Source of the DNA: an uncultured bacterium
Lineage (GTDB): Bacteria > Chlamydiota > Chlamydiia > Chlamydiales > SM23-39
NCBI GenBank assembly: GCA_963716985.1
Contig: OY970323.1
Span: 1,056,001 to 1,120,000, forward strand
Length of the DNA stretch: 64,000 bases
Direction of reading: 5' to 3'
Under the pieces are notes generated by a model. That model saw only the letters and a program-made list of their open reading frames with translations, was not told the origin of the DNA and did not search any database. The position numbers were made by a program, and so were the translations under genes. Below are positions 46,155-55,902 of this stretch, one piece after another (the first letter of the stretch is position 1; every line of letters starts with the position of its first letter).

Positions 46155-46454
46155 TCACTCCTTTTTGAGGATGGGGGGGACGCGGATCATCCCGCCGACG
46201 TGGGAAGGGGAATTGGCGAGGAACTCCTCGCGCATGCGAACAGGCCCCTCTTCATCTTTTCTCATCATGTTATAATGCAACTCTCCGAGAACGTGGTTGC
46301 AGGGCTGGACCTTTTCGGTATTCACTTCATTGAGCTGCTCGACGTGTTTGAGTATGTTTTGCAAGCTCTCGAGAAGCGGCTTTTCTTCTTCGGGTTTGCA
46401 CTGAATGCGGCTCAGCTTTTGTAATTTTTGCAAAGAGCTTCTGTCAAATTTCAT
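46155..46454 (-). CDS. gatC: Asp/Glu-tRNA amidotransferase subunit C
   Basis: About 100 aa, LSRI...L.NIL.HVEQL.EVNT and IRVPPIL, upstream of gatA. Confidence 0.93.
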   Translation of the reverse strand: MKFDRSSLQKLQKLSRIQCKPEEEKPLLESLQNILKHVEQLNEVNTEKVQPCNHVLGELHYNMMRKDEEGPVRMREEFLANSPSHVGGMIRVPPILKKE

Positions 46455-46694
46455 CACGCGCCTCTTAATTCCTAATTTTGAAAATGTTAGCAACTCGAGT
46501 TTCTAGAGTCAATCTTTTGTGCTTTTTGAAAAACGGTCAGTTGAGCCCAAGAGCGCAGGCGGTATTTTGTTATGGCCGCTGCATGAAGATCGCCTCTGTT
46601 CCAAAAAGAACCATGCAAGAAAGTGATGACAAAAAATTCTTTTCGAGTTAACTATTTAGGAGCATTGTTTTTAAACTTTTACGTGGAGGAACAA

Positions 46695-46919
46695 ATGAAA
46701 CTAGTTCGGTTTTTGTCCCTGTTGCTGATGGTTGTCGGCGCATTGAACTGGGGACTTTGGGGATTTTTTCAATATAATTTGATCCAAGACCTTTTTGCCG
46801 CCAGCATGCCGTCTTTGGTACGCGTCATCTATTGTTTTGTAGGGCTTGCGGGCCTTTGCGGCCTTTCCTTTTTCTTTATTCCCTGCATCTATAAGGGCGG
46901 ATGTTCCTGTCAAAAATAA
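46695..46919 (+). CDS. DUF378-family small membrane protein
   Basis: VGALNWGL.G.F..NL and R.IY..VGLAG. GGAGG RBS. Confidence 0.88.
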   Translation: MKLVRFLSLLLMVVGALNWGLWGFFQYNLIQDLFAASMPSLVRVIYCFVGLAGLCGLSFFFIPCIYKGGCSCQK

Positions 46920-46943
46920 GAGTTTTCCCTCAGTTTTTCTCTT

Positions 46944-46968
46944 AAGGCCCCCATTTTTGGGGGCTTTT
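46944..46968 (+). terminator. intrinsic terminator
   Basis: AGGCCCCCA-TTTT-TGGGGGCTTTT. Confidence 0.7.
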
Positions 46969-47123
46969 CTATTTTTAGGTCTCTTTTGTTTAGATATTTA
47001 ATACTATTGAATAGTATTTGTTTTTTCATAATTCTATCTAGTTTAAAATTTTTTTATTGCAAAAATAAATAATAAATTATAATTTAAATAACAGGGCCGG
47101 GAATTGCGGTCAGGGAAGAAGTT

Positions 47124-47774
47124 ATGCCAATCAATGGTAAGCCATGGATGGAAATGTGGTTGCATCCACGAAAGACCATTCAGACGATTGTGGAGTTTTC
47201 TCCAAACTATGGTCTGAAGATCTTAGCTTTTATCTATGGACTTGCTTCGTTATTTAGTTTGGCACAAACTTTTTCATTGGGGTTTTATGTGGGTTTTGTC
47301 CCCTTAATGCTCCTTATTTTGATCGCAGCGCCGTTTTGGGGATATTTTGTTTTTACCGTCGTTTCCTGGGTGGTTTATTACACGGGACGATGGATCAAGG
47401 GACTGGCCACTCGCCATCAAGTGAGAGCCGTTTTAGCTTGGTCCCATATCCCCATGGCGGCGAACCTTCTGATATGGGCGGTTTTCCTTCTTATTTTTAG
47501 AGGAATGCTCTTTCAAGGTTTTCCCGGTACCTATCTTTTCAAAGGCGGCATGTTTTATCTGCTTTTTTCTCTTTCTTTGATGCAGCTTTTCATGGGCATA
47601 TGGTCCTTGGTTTTGTATTTGAATGCCCTTGCCGAGGTGCAAGGATTTTCTATGGGCAAGGCCATTCTCAATCTCCTGATTGCTGGCGTGGCCTTGATGG
47701 CGGCTTTCTCAATTGTAAGTTTGATTGTCTTTTGGGGGAGCCATCTAGCAGTGAAGGGTTTTTTGGCAATTTAG
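47124..47774 (+). CDS. YIP1-family membrane protein
   Basis: W..MW.HPRKT, five TM segments, RAVLAWS..P and LAEVQGFS..KA. Confidence 0.85.
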   Translation: MPINGKPWMEMWLHPRKTIQTIVEFSPNYGLKILAFIYGLASLFSLAQTFSLGFYVGFVPLMLLILIAAPFWGYFVFTVVSWVVYYTGRWIKGLATRHQVRAVLAWSHIPMAANLLIWAVFLLIFRGMLFQGFPGTYLFKGGMFYLLFSLSLMQLFMGIWSLVLYLNALAEVQGFSMGKAILNLLIAGVALMAAFSIVSLIVFWGSHLAVKGFLAI

Positions 47775-47782
47775 GAGGAAAG

Positions 47783-48304
47783 ATGAAATTCGGTTTTTGC
47801 TTTGTTTGGATCGTGTTGATTGCTGCGAACTCTCTTTTTGCTGCCGATTGGCGCGAATTTCAGGGATCTGCCAACTCTTTCAAAGTTCTTTTGCCGGCAA
47901 ATCCCAACCACTGGCATAACCAAATGCGTGTGAAAGATGCCCATGACATGCTCAACTATGATGTATACGTTGCCGGCAAAGATCCCGAAGCGATGTATAT
48001 GATGTTAATCGCCGATTTCCCCAAAGAGCTAAGTCAAGCCCAAGAGACGTTGAGTATTGAAGGGTTTATGCGCGGCGTTCTCAAAGACAAAGAGGAGAGT
48101 CGCTTATTATTTATCGACTCTCTCAAGGTGCAAGGCCACGCAGCGATGGATTTTCTCATGAAAGGCAAGCTAGATCATTTTTTCAAAGGACGTGTGATTG
48201 CCGCCTCGAAGAAACTTTATCTCTTAACTGTGGAATGCTCTTTAGAGAACTTTAATGAAACGGATTACAAAACATTCGTGAATTCTTTTGTTTTGCTGCC
48301 CTGA
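47783..48304 (+). CDS. exported hypothetical protein
   Basis: AGGAGG RBS, signal peptide (…NSLFA), W..F......FKVLLP..P N-terminus and F.NSF C-terminus. Confidence 0.8.
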   Translation: MKFGFCFVWIVLIAANSLFAADWREFQGSANSFKVLLPANPNHWHNQMRVKDAHDMLNYDVYVAGKDPEAMYMMLIADFPKELSQAQETLSIEGFMRGVLKDKEESRLLFIDSLKVQGHAAMDFLMKGKLDHFFKGRVIAASKKLYLLTVECSLENFNETDYKTFVNSFVLLP

Positions 48305-49914
48305 AGCGCATTGTAGTGCCCCAGCATTCGTGAATATTCCTTTGTTCTTTCTTCTGCCGAGAGTTCTTTTACAGAGGAAAGAGTTCGTCCCTTTTTTTCT
48401 TCTTTTTGCACGCAAAGGTGGGCCGAAGCAAAACTGGCTACTTGGACAAAATGGGTGACGGCAAAAATCTGCTTTTTCTCCGAAAGTTCTTTTAATTTTT
48501 CTCCGATGATTGTTGCCGTGGTCCCGCCCACGTTGGCATCGATTTCGTCAAAGAGCAATAGGGGTGTGCGGTTTTTTTCGGAAAGAAGGATTTTTAGGGC
48601 AAAACAGATCCGGGCGACCTCTCCTCCGCTTGCACAAAGGGAAAGCGGGGCTGTTTTTTCTCCCGCATTTGCCTTGAGGAAAAAGAGGGCATCTTCATCG
48701 CCCTTTTCGCCGCGCTCTTTCTGTTGTAAAAAGATCGTGAATGCAGCCTTTTCCATGTTTAAAAGAGGCAGCTCTCGCGCCATCTTTTTTTCGAGGTCCA
48801 GGGCGGCTTTTTTTCGTTTTTCTGATAAAAGTGCGGCTGCGGCAGTGCACTTTTTTCGAAGGAGAGACGATTCTTCTTGAAGATTGCTGATGCGATCTTC
48901 GAGCCTCTCGAAAGATTGGAGGCGCTCTTTGGCTTGGGCTTGGAAAAGGAAAAGCGCCTCTTCGCTCTCTCCATATTTTCTTTTGATTTTGAAGATATGG
49001 CACAAACGCTCTTCGATTTGGCAAAGGCGGTCCAAAGCAGTGTCCTGCCGCCCTTGAAATTGCCGCAGGGAATAAAGGAGCTCTTCGATCTCCACAATTG
49101 CGTTTTGCAGGTGGAGGAGATTGTCATTTAAGGTGGGGGAGATATCGGCGATGGACGCGAGAAGAGAGTGGATGTTTTTGAGCTCGGGCAAAAGAGAAGG
49201 GGAGGCATCCGAGAGCCGGTCAATAATGGCATGGATTTTTTCTTCCACCTCTTGGGATCTTCGCAGAATTTTTTCTTCCCGGCAGAGCGCCGCATCTTCT
49301 TGTGGTTTCAGGGCAAGATCATCGATTTCTTGCAGGGCGTTTTTGATCCGCTCTTCCTCCTCTTCTTTTTTTTCTCTTTGCACAAGTGCTTCTGCTAACT
49401 GCCGCTCCATTTCTTTTGTTTTGGCCCATAGAGAGGAAAAGGCCTTTGCCTCCTTTTCTAACGAGCCGAAAAGGTCCACGATCTGCAGTTGACAGGAAGA
49501 AGAAAGGAGCTCTTTGTGCACATGCTGTCCTACCCTTTCGGCAAGAGTTTTTCCAAGCGTTCGAAGAAAAGAGAGCGAGCTATTTTGATCGTTAATAAAA
49601 ATGCGGCTTTTCCCCGAGTCGGAAAATTCTCGGCGGATCCAAAGCTCGCCTTGGAATTCAATCCCTTCTGCTTGCAAACACTCTTGGGCATATGGGTTGT
49701 TGGAGATCTCGAAGAGCGCTTCCACCACTCCGATAGACTCTCCTTCGCGCACCGGATTTCCCTCGGCTTTTTCTCCTAAAATCCATCCCAAAACGGAAAA
49801 AATAATGCTTTTTCCTGCGCCCGTTTCTCCGGTCAGGATCGTAAGGCCGCTCTTCCAGGAAATCTTGAGAGAATCAAAAAGGAGGATGTTTTTCAGTTCA
49901 AGGTGGCGCATCAT
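48265..49914 (-). CDS. recN: DNA repair protein RecN
   Basis: TGETGAGKS, ASGGE.AR, FDEIDANVGG and VTH..QVAS. Confidence 0.96.
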   Translation of the reverse strand: MMRHLELKNILLFDSLKISWKSGLTILTGETGAGKSIIFSVLGWILGEKAEGNPVREGESIGVVEALFEISNNPYAQECLQAEGIEFQGELWIRREFSDSGKSRIFINDQNSSLSFLRTLGKTLAERVGQHVHKELLSSSCQLQIVDLFGSLEKEAKAFSSLWAKTKEMERQLAEALVQREKKEEEEERIKNALQEIDDLALKPQEDAALCREEKILRRSQEVEEKIHAIIDRLSDASPSLLPELKNIHSLLASIADISPTLNDNLLHLQNAIVEIEELLYSLRQFQGRQDTALDRLCQIEERLCHIFKIKRKYGESEEALFLFQAQAKERLQSFERLEDRISNLQEESSLLRKKCTAAAALLSEKRKKAALDLEKKMARELPLLNMEKAAFTIFLQQKERGEKGDEDALFFLKANAGEKTAPLSLCASGGEVARICFALKILLSEKNRTPLLLFDEIDANVGGTTATIIGEKLKELSEKKQIFAVTHFVQVASFASAHLCVQKEEKKGRTLSSVKELSAEERTKEYSRMLGHYNALQGSKTKEFTNVL

Positions 49915-50819
49915 GGCTGGAGCAAAACTTCGTCTTTAGTTTTGAAATGAAGCTTGGCCACCTCGTCGAGGATTTGCGGGCCTTTCTTGCGCACAAGATT
50001 CTTTCCGGCTTCGATGACGATGGAAGAGGCCCCCTTCGGCAGGGGCATGTCCACTTTTTCACTCAGCTGCTTGAGCCCATCGAGGAAAGCAGATCTTGCT
50101 AAAATGGAGGCTCCGGCAACGACCAGGTCGGATTCGGCTTTCGTCCTCTGTTCGACATGAAGGGAGAGCTGTTTTCTCTCCAGCATGGACTCCAGAACTC
50201 TTTTATCGGCAAATTGATCGATGATGGCGCGATTACATAAGCTCTTTTCCGAAAGCTCTTCCAAAACGGTGGCGTGCCCCCAGGCAAGGAGGGCGTTCAA
50301 GTTTTTGAAGCGCTGGTAGAGTTCGTTATATTTGTGGGGGAATAGACGAATGATGGTATGAGGATATCCTTTAAGCCGCTCTGCGATTTTCAAAATGACG
50401 CTATCGGATATCTTCTTACTATCGCGCACGCCCAGCGTTAAAAGGTTTTTGATGCCCTCGGCATCTGCAAAGAGCCCTGCAATGCAAAGAGGGCCAAAAA
50501 AATCCCCTTTGCCCGCCTCATCTACGCCCATGTGAGGAGTGAGATCGAGAAGCGCCTCGGGATGGGTGTATTGAAAATTTTTCAAGATTTCGGGCTCTAG
50601 GTAGAATTCAATGAAGGCATCTTTATCTTTTCCTTGCACGACAAGGGAGCCCGATTCATAAAGGATGCAGACGACCTTGTCTTTTTTTGCAGAAAAAATG
50701 GTGTAGGGCGGCGTTGAAAAAACAAATCCCTGATGGGTAAGGTCTTGGATGAGCTTTTCCTTTAGGGAAAGGTCTATGGTTGCAGTAAAGGTCGCCGGTT
50801 TTGTCATAAATTCCTTCAT
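49911..50819 (-). CDS. rnhC: ribonuclease HIII
   Basis: N-terminal TBP-like domain (LYESG.LVVQGK), GVDEAGKGDFFGPL and DSKK. Confidence 0.96.
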   Translation of the reverse strand: MKEFMTKPATFTATIDLSLKEKLIQDLTHQGFVFSTPPYTIFSAKKDKVVCILYESGSLVVQGKDKDAFIEFYLEPEILKNFQYTHPEALLDLTPHMGVDEAGKGDFFGPLCIAGLFADAEGIKNLLTLGVRDSKKISDSVILKIAERLKGYPHTIIRLFPHKYNELYQRFKNLNALLAWGHATVLEELSEKSLCNRAIIDQFADKRVLESMLERKQLSLHVEQRTKAESDLVVAGASILARSAFLDGLKQLSEKVDMPLPKGASSIVIEAGKNLVRKKGPQILDEVAKLHFKTKDEVLLQP

Positions 50820-50917
50820 TTTGATTTAATCAGTTTCCTGAAAAAAAAGACAAGCAAGATGTTCGGTTGTGAAAAATCCGTCCAGTTCCTAAGATAGGAT
50901 AAAAAATAGGGTTTGAT

Positions 50918-51328
50918 ATGCCGACGATTGAGATGAAAAAATTGGGTGATCTGTTTCGCATGAAGAGGGAAGAGATGCATTTGACATTGAAAGAGGTGGA
51001 AAATGCAACGTCCATTCGCATGAGCTACTTGCAGGCGATCGAGGAAGGAAAGATCGGTCAGTTTTTATCTCGTGTTTATGCGATTGGATTTGTGCGCCAA
51101 TATGCGACTTTTTTAGGATTTGAGGCCGATCGTATCATGAAAGAAAATCCGGAGGCTTTTAAGCTCCCTTTAGAAAAACAGGAGTTTGCTTATGGCATCG
51201 GAACGCTGGATATCCGCGGCGGGCCCCATGGGGGAGTGAAATGGCTTCCCAACATTTTATGGATGGGACTAGGTCTTTTTGTTTTGATTCTTGCCTGGTT
51301 TTTTGCAAAATTCTTGGGAATTTTTTGA
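50918..51328 (+). CDS. RodZ-like HTH membrane protein
   Basis: LG..FR..RE...LTLKEVE..TSIR..YL.AIE.G and Y..GFVRQYA.FLG, with a C-terminal TM segment. Confidence 0.85.
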   Translation: MPTIEMKKLGDLFRMKREEMHLTLKEVENATSIRMSYLQAIEEGKIGQFLSRVYAIGFVRQYATFLGFEADRIMKENPEAFKLPLEKQEFAYGIGTLDIRGGPHGGVKWLPNILWMGLGLFVLILAWFFAKFLGIF

Positions 51329-51433
51329 AGAATATTTTCTATTTATAGAAAAAAAATAAAAAATTCAACCATATCTTGCATATAAAATTTTCCCCTTTTA
51401 TGATGCCATAAAGATAAAGGTGTATCTAAAGAT

Positions 51434-53302
51434 ATGGGGACTCAAGTACTCGGTGATTATCATCTCCTCAAAAAATTGGGAGAGGGAAGTTTTGGCTCTG
51501 TATATTTGGCCGAGCATCGCTTCATCAAGAAGCGTCTTGCCGTCAAAGTGCTTCATGAAGATCTTTTAGCGATCCCGAATTTTATCGAACATTTTGAAGA
51601 AGATGTGGGGCTTCTCGCCACTTTGGACCATCCCTCGATCATCAAAATTCATAATATTTCCAAAGCCGACAATCGCTATTTTCTTGTGATGGACGTAGCG
51701 TGCGATGAGCTGGGCGAGGTGATGAATCTTGAGCATTTTTTGGCAGACAGGGCCAAGGTTCTTCCCGAAAGAGAGCTGGAAGCTATTTTACGCCAGCTAG
51801 CATCGGCTCTGGACTATGCGCATAGCATTCCCTTTCATAACGAATATCTAGTCCACCGCGGCATCAAACTATCCAATATCCTTGTGGATGCAAAGGGCCA
51901 GCTGAGAGTTTTTCTTTCTGACTTTGGACTTTCCCGCCTTCTTGGAGACGGCGTGATGCTCCAGAGGTTTTATGAAAAAATGCTCTCTTCCTCCTCCCCA
52001 TTCGATCCTGCTATGCACAATGTTTTTTTAAACCACTATTCCTTTTTATCACCCGAGCAAAAAGCCCTGCATCCACATGAAAAAATCTCTTCGAAAAGCG
52101 ATGTGTATGCGTTTGGCGTTTTGGCCTATTATCTCATCGCCCGTAAATTTCCCGAGGGCTACTTCGAAATGCCTTCAAAGATAGCCCCCGAATATAATCT
52201 CAATTGGGATCTTTTCATCTGCAAATGTTTGCAGCGCGATGCGAAAAAAAGGCCCGAGTTTCTTTTAGATGCTTTGAACTCCTCGCTTTCTACTTCCGCA
52301 AGCGACTCTACCTCCCTAACAGTGCTTTCTTGGGAAGAGGTGGAAAAGAAGGTGGAAAATGCCATGCAGATGTCCTTTGAATTTTCTTCCGACTGGGAGA
52401 CCCCTCAGCCCAAGCCCTCCATGGATGCGGAAATGGACCGGCCACATCAGCTAAAGCCCATCATTCGTCCGCAGGAGATCGAGCGGCCGCAATATGAAAT
52501 GGATCCCGGAGCGGTTTTTCACAAAGATTTGAACGTTTCTTTCTACAAACCAAAAAAAGTGGAAGTAAAGGAAATCGAACCTCTTTTGACCGAAATGGTG
52601 ATCATCCCCGGAGGAAGTTTTTTCCGCGGAAGCAACAATGGGGCGCGCGATGAGATGCCCCGGCATAAAGTGACGATTTCCAGCTGCGCGATGGACATTC
52701 ACCCTGTGACCAATGAACAGTTCGTCCGATTTTTGGATGCGATGGGAGGGGAAAAAGACAGCAACAACAATGATATCATCCGTTTGCGCGACTCGCGCAT
52801 CAAGAAAAGCGGAGGAAAGATCAGCATCGAATCGGGTTATAGCAAACATCCCGTTGTCGGCGTCACCTGGTATGGAGCGTCGGCCTATGCAAAATGGATC
52901 GGCAAACGCCTCCCTACAGAAGCCGAGTGGGAAATCGCAGCAGGAGGGGGGTTGGAAAACAATATTTATCCCAGCGGCGCAGACATCGACCACACCCAGG
53001 CGAATTTTTTCAGCTCCGACACCACATCCGTGATGAGCTATCCTGCCAATGGCTATGGCCTTTACGATCTTTCCGGCAACGTCTATGAGTGGTGCCAGGA
53101 TTGGTATGCTTATAATTATTATGAAACCTCGATCCAAGAGCCTGAAAATCCCAAAGGGCCCCATCAAGGGGTCTATCGCGTTCTTCGCGGAGGCTGTTGG
53201 AAAAGCTTGAAAGAAGACCTGCGCTGTTCCCATCGTCATCGCAATAATCCCGGAGCTGTCAACGGCACCTATGGATTTCGTTGCGCAGCTGACGTGTCTT
53301 AA
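51434..53302 (+). CDS. pkn1: Ser/Thr kinase fused to an FGE/sulfatase-modifying domain (Pkn1)
   Basis: GEGSFG, AVK, HRGIKLSN, DFG. C-terminal RLPTEAEWE, GNVYEW, RGGCW and GFRC. Confidence 0.93.
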   Translation: MGTQVLGDYHLLKKLGEGSFGSVYLAEHRFIKKRLAVKVLHEDLLAIPNFIEHFEEDVGLLATLDHPSIIKIHNISKADNRYFLVMDVACDELGEVMNLEHFLADRAKVLPERELEAILRQLASALDYAHSIPFHNEYLVHRGIKLSNILVDAKGQLRVFLSDFGLSRLLGDGVMLQRFYEKMLSSSSPFDPAMHNVFLNHYSFLSPEQKALHPHEKISSKSDVYAFGVLAYYLIARKFPEGYFEMPSKIAPEYNLNWDLFICKCLQRDAKKRPEFLLDALNSSLSTSASDSTSLTVLSWEEVEKKVENAMQMSFEFSSDWETPQPKPSMDAEMDRPHQLKPIIRPQEIERPQYEMDPGAVFHKDLNVSFYKPKKVEVKEIEPLLTEMVIIPGGSFFRGSNNGARDEMPRHKVTISSCAMDIHPVTNEQFVRFLDAMGGEKDSNNNDIIRLRDSRIKKSGGKISIESGYSKHPVVGVTWYGASAYAKWIGKRLPTEAEWEIAAGGGLENNIYPSGADIDHTQANFFSSDTTSVMSYPANGYGLYDLSGNVYEWCQDWYAYNYYETSIQEPENPKGPHQGVYRVLRGGCWKSLKEDLRCSHRHRNNPGAVNGTYGFRCAADVS

Positions 53303-53585
53303 AGATCGGTTCCGATGAAGATCCTTTTGCTTTTAGCGAACTTGTAGGAGCGACTTGAATTGTTCCACTTCACTCGCCATTTCGATTGCATCTTCTAGCT
53401 GAAGGCAAGAAGAACCTTATCCGCAGCTATTTACGCAACAAATCTCCCAGGCAAAACCCCAATTTCTTCTTGGGCAATTAAATTCTTGTTGTTCAAAATT
53501 TTTTTTCTAATGTTTGTGGTTTTTTTAATTGTTTGTAATTATTGCAAATTATATGATAATTAAAAATTTCCAAAAAATGGTAGAT

Positions 53586-54596
53586 ATGTCCGGAAGTGTT
53601 TTAGGGCCGTGGGAATGGGCAGAAATTTGTCATCAGTCGACTATTCGATCGATCTTTAAATTAGGAGCGGTGAGTCATGAAATACGAGAGCGTATCACTC
53701 CTGCTCTGCCTCAAATAATTCAGAGAACCCGACAGGCGTTGAATGGAATCTGTCTTTTTTCTCCTTTGCGGAGAGAACAGCCGAACAATCATTTTTATTA
53801 TAGGGGATTTCTTGCTCAGATGATAAAAAGAATCCAATCCTCTCCAGCTCTCAAGAAAGTTCTAGATTCGCGGCTTGACGATTTGGACGCAATGGTTCAA
53901 ATAGTGAAGGATTGCGATCTTGTTAAAGTTTTTGAACCGAATCTTCCTCCGGAAATGAGTTGTTTAATGGAAGGAAAAAAGTGCATTTCTGAAAAAGCGC
54001 GAGTTGTTCGAGAATTTCTGCGACAGAATGTCGTTTATTTCTCTGAAGTTACCGAAATGCAGCTGAATAACCGAGGTCTTACTTCTATTCCTTTGGAATT
54101 GATTGAATATTGTCCCAACTTGCAAGAGCTGGGTCTTTCGTCCAATCAAATCCAAGTCGTTCCAGAAGCGATAGGAAAGTTGAAGCATTTGAAGGTGTTG
54201 CAACTTTCGCGCAATGCGATCCAAGAATTTCCTGATGTCGTAGGCAGTCTAGAAAATTTGGAATTATTAAATCTTGCACACAATAGAATTCCTGAAATAC
54301 CTGATGTCATTGGAAATCTCACCCATTTGAAACATCTGAATTTGTTTGACAACAAAATCCAAAAAATTCCCGATGTCGTTGGAACCCTTGGAGGCTTGGA
54401 ATGGCTTCTTCTTCACAAGAATCAAATTGAAATCATTCCGAAAATCATGAAAAATCTTGAGCATTTGGTTGCCTTAAATCTTTCGTTAAATCGAATCCAA
54501 GCTGTTCCTCCGGAGGTTGAGAGAACGCTGGACCATTTACGATGGGTGGCTCTTGTTGATGATCCCATCGCAACTTCTGTCGCAGCAGTCAGGTAG
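53586..54596 (+). CDS. leucine-rich repeat protein (23-aa bacterial-type LRRs), effector candidate
   Basis: About seven repeats of L..L.L..N.I..(I/V)P..(I/V)G.L. Low GC relative to flanks. Start uncertain (53577 or 53586). Confidence 0.85.
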   Translation: MSGSVLGPWEWAEICHQSTIRSIFKLGAVSHEIRERITPALPQIIQRTRQALNGICLFSPLRREQPNNHFYYRGFLAQMIKRIQSSPALKKVLDSRLDDLDAMVQIVKDCDLVKVFEPNLPPEMSCLMEGKKCISEKARVVREFLRQNVVYFSEVTEMQLNNRGLTSIPLELIEYCPNLQELGLSSNQIQVVPEAIGKLKHLKVLQLSRNAIQEFPDVVGSLENLELLNLAHNRIPEIPDVIGNLTHLKHLNLFDNKIQKIPDVVGTLGGLEWLLLHKNQIEIIPKIMKNLEHLVALNLSLNRIQAVPPEVERTLDHLRWVALVDDPIATSVAAVR

Positions 54597-54978
54597 TGCG
54601 CTCTCTTTTTCCCGGACATTTGGGAATTCTGAAAATTTCTGGAGATAGAAATTTTTTCTACGAAAAGATATCCTATTCTTATTAGCGTAATCAGTATGAC
54701 CAATATTGGTTTAGAGAATCGATTATATCGTTTATAATTTCATTCTAAAAGATTTCCCTGTTTTTCTCGCCATTTTTTAAAGCCATGTAAAGTGGAGACT
54801 AATTGAAGGGTTTTTTCACGTTTGCAATCATCGCATGTTGGATGGGACGATTATTGGGATAGGTTCTTTTGGAATGTACAATTCTGTTTTCTGGAAAAAG
54901 AAATTTTTTACTGGTTTTTTGGAAAATGGCAAATATCCTTTTTTTTGGTATCCTCTTGGGAAAAAGAGAGTTTTGGAC

Positions 54979-55902
54979 ATGAAATTGATCCTTGCAAAGC
55001 CTAGGGGCTTTTGCGCCGGAGTGGTGCGCGCGATTGAAATTGTCGAAAGATCGCTTGATCGATTCGGCGCGCCCGTTTACGTTTTTCATGAGATCGTCCA
55101 TAACCGCCACGTGATCGAGAAGTTGAGGAAGAGGGGCGCTGTTTTTGTGGAGCATCTGGATCTGGTTCCTGAGGGCTCTTATCTTATCTATTCAGCGCAT
55201 GGAATTTCTCCCGATGTGCGTTTGATTGCAAAAAAAAAGAAGCTGATCGAGATCGACGCTACCTGTCCGCTTGTGACGCGCAACCACTCGGCCGTCAAAC
55301 GGTTTGCCAAGAGGGGATTCTCTATTCTCTTGATTGGACACAAAAAACATATTGAAGTGGTGGCAACCGCTGCCGAATGTCCGCATTCCGTGTCCATCAT
55401 TGAATCTTTAGACGATGTGGAGAGGCTCTCTTTTTCGCCAAGCGAGAAGCTCTTTTATTTAACCCAAACGACACTGAGCATTGATGAGGCAAAAGAGATC
55501 GCGTTTGCTCTAAAAAAGAGATTTCCACAGGTTCAGACCCACCCGGAGACGTCGATTTGCTATGCCACCGCCAATCGCCAAATGGCCTTCAAAAACATTT
55601 TGAAGCAAGCAGACCTTGCCCTGGTTGTCGGAGATCCCAAAAGCTCTAATTCCAACCGCCTGAGCGAAATTGCCTCGAAAGCAGGAAAGCCAAGCTATCT
55701 GATCAATGATCCGAATGATCTTCAAAAAGAGTGGCTGCATGGCGTTTCTTGCATCGCTATGACTGCCGGGGCATCGACTCCGGAAGAGATTGTGCAAAAA
55801 TCCATTGAGCGTCTCTCTTTCATGGGACTGCGTTCGGTCGAAGAGGTCTGCTTTCAAGAAGAAGCCGTCTTTTTTTCCATTCCTTCGATTCTCTTTGAGT
55901 GA
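54979..55902 (+). CDS. ispH: 4-hydroxy-3-methylbut-2-enyl diphosphate reductase
   Basis: PRGFCAGV.RA, IVHN, DATCPLV, ICYAT.NRQ, SSNS and AGASTP. Confidence 0.97.
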   Translation: MKLILAKPRGFCAGVVRAIEIVERSLDRFGAPVYVFHEIVHNRHVIEKLRKRGAVFVEHLDLVPEGSYLIYSAHGISPDVRLIAKKKKLIEIDATCPLVTRNHSAVKRFAKRGFSILLIGHKKHIEVVATAAECPHSVSIIESLDDVERLSFSPSEKLFYLTQTTLSIDEAKEIAFALKKRFPQVQTHPETSICYATANRQMAFKNILKQADLALVVGDPKSSNSNRLSEIASKAGKPSYLINDPNDLQKEWLHGVSCIAMTAGASTPEEIVQKSIERLSFMGLRSVEEVCFQEEAVFFSIPSILFE

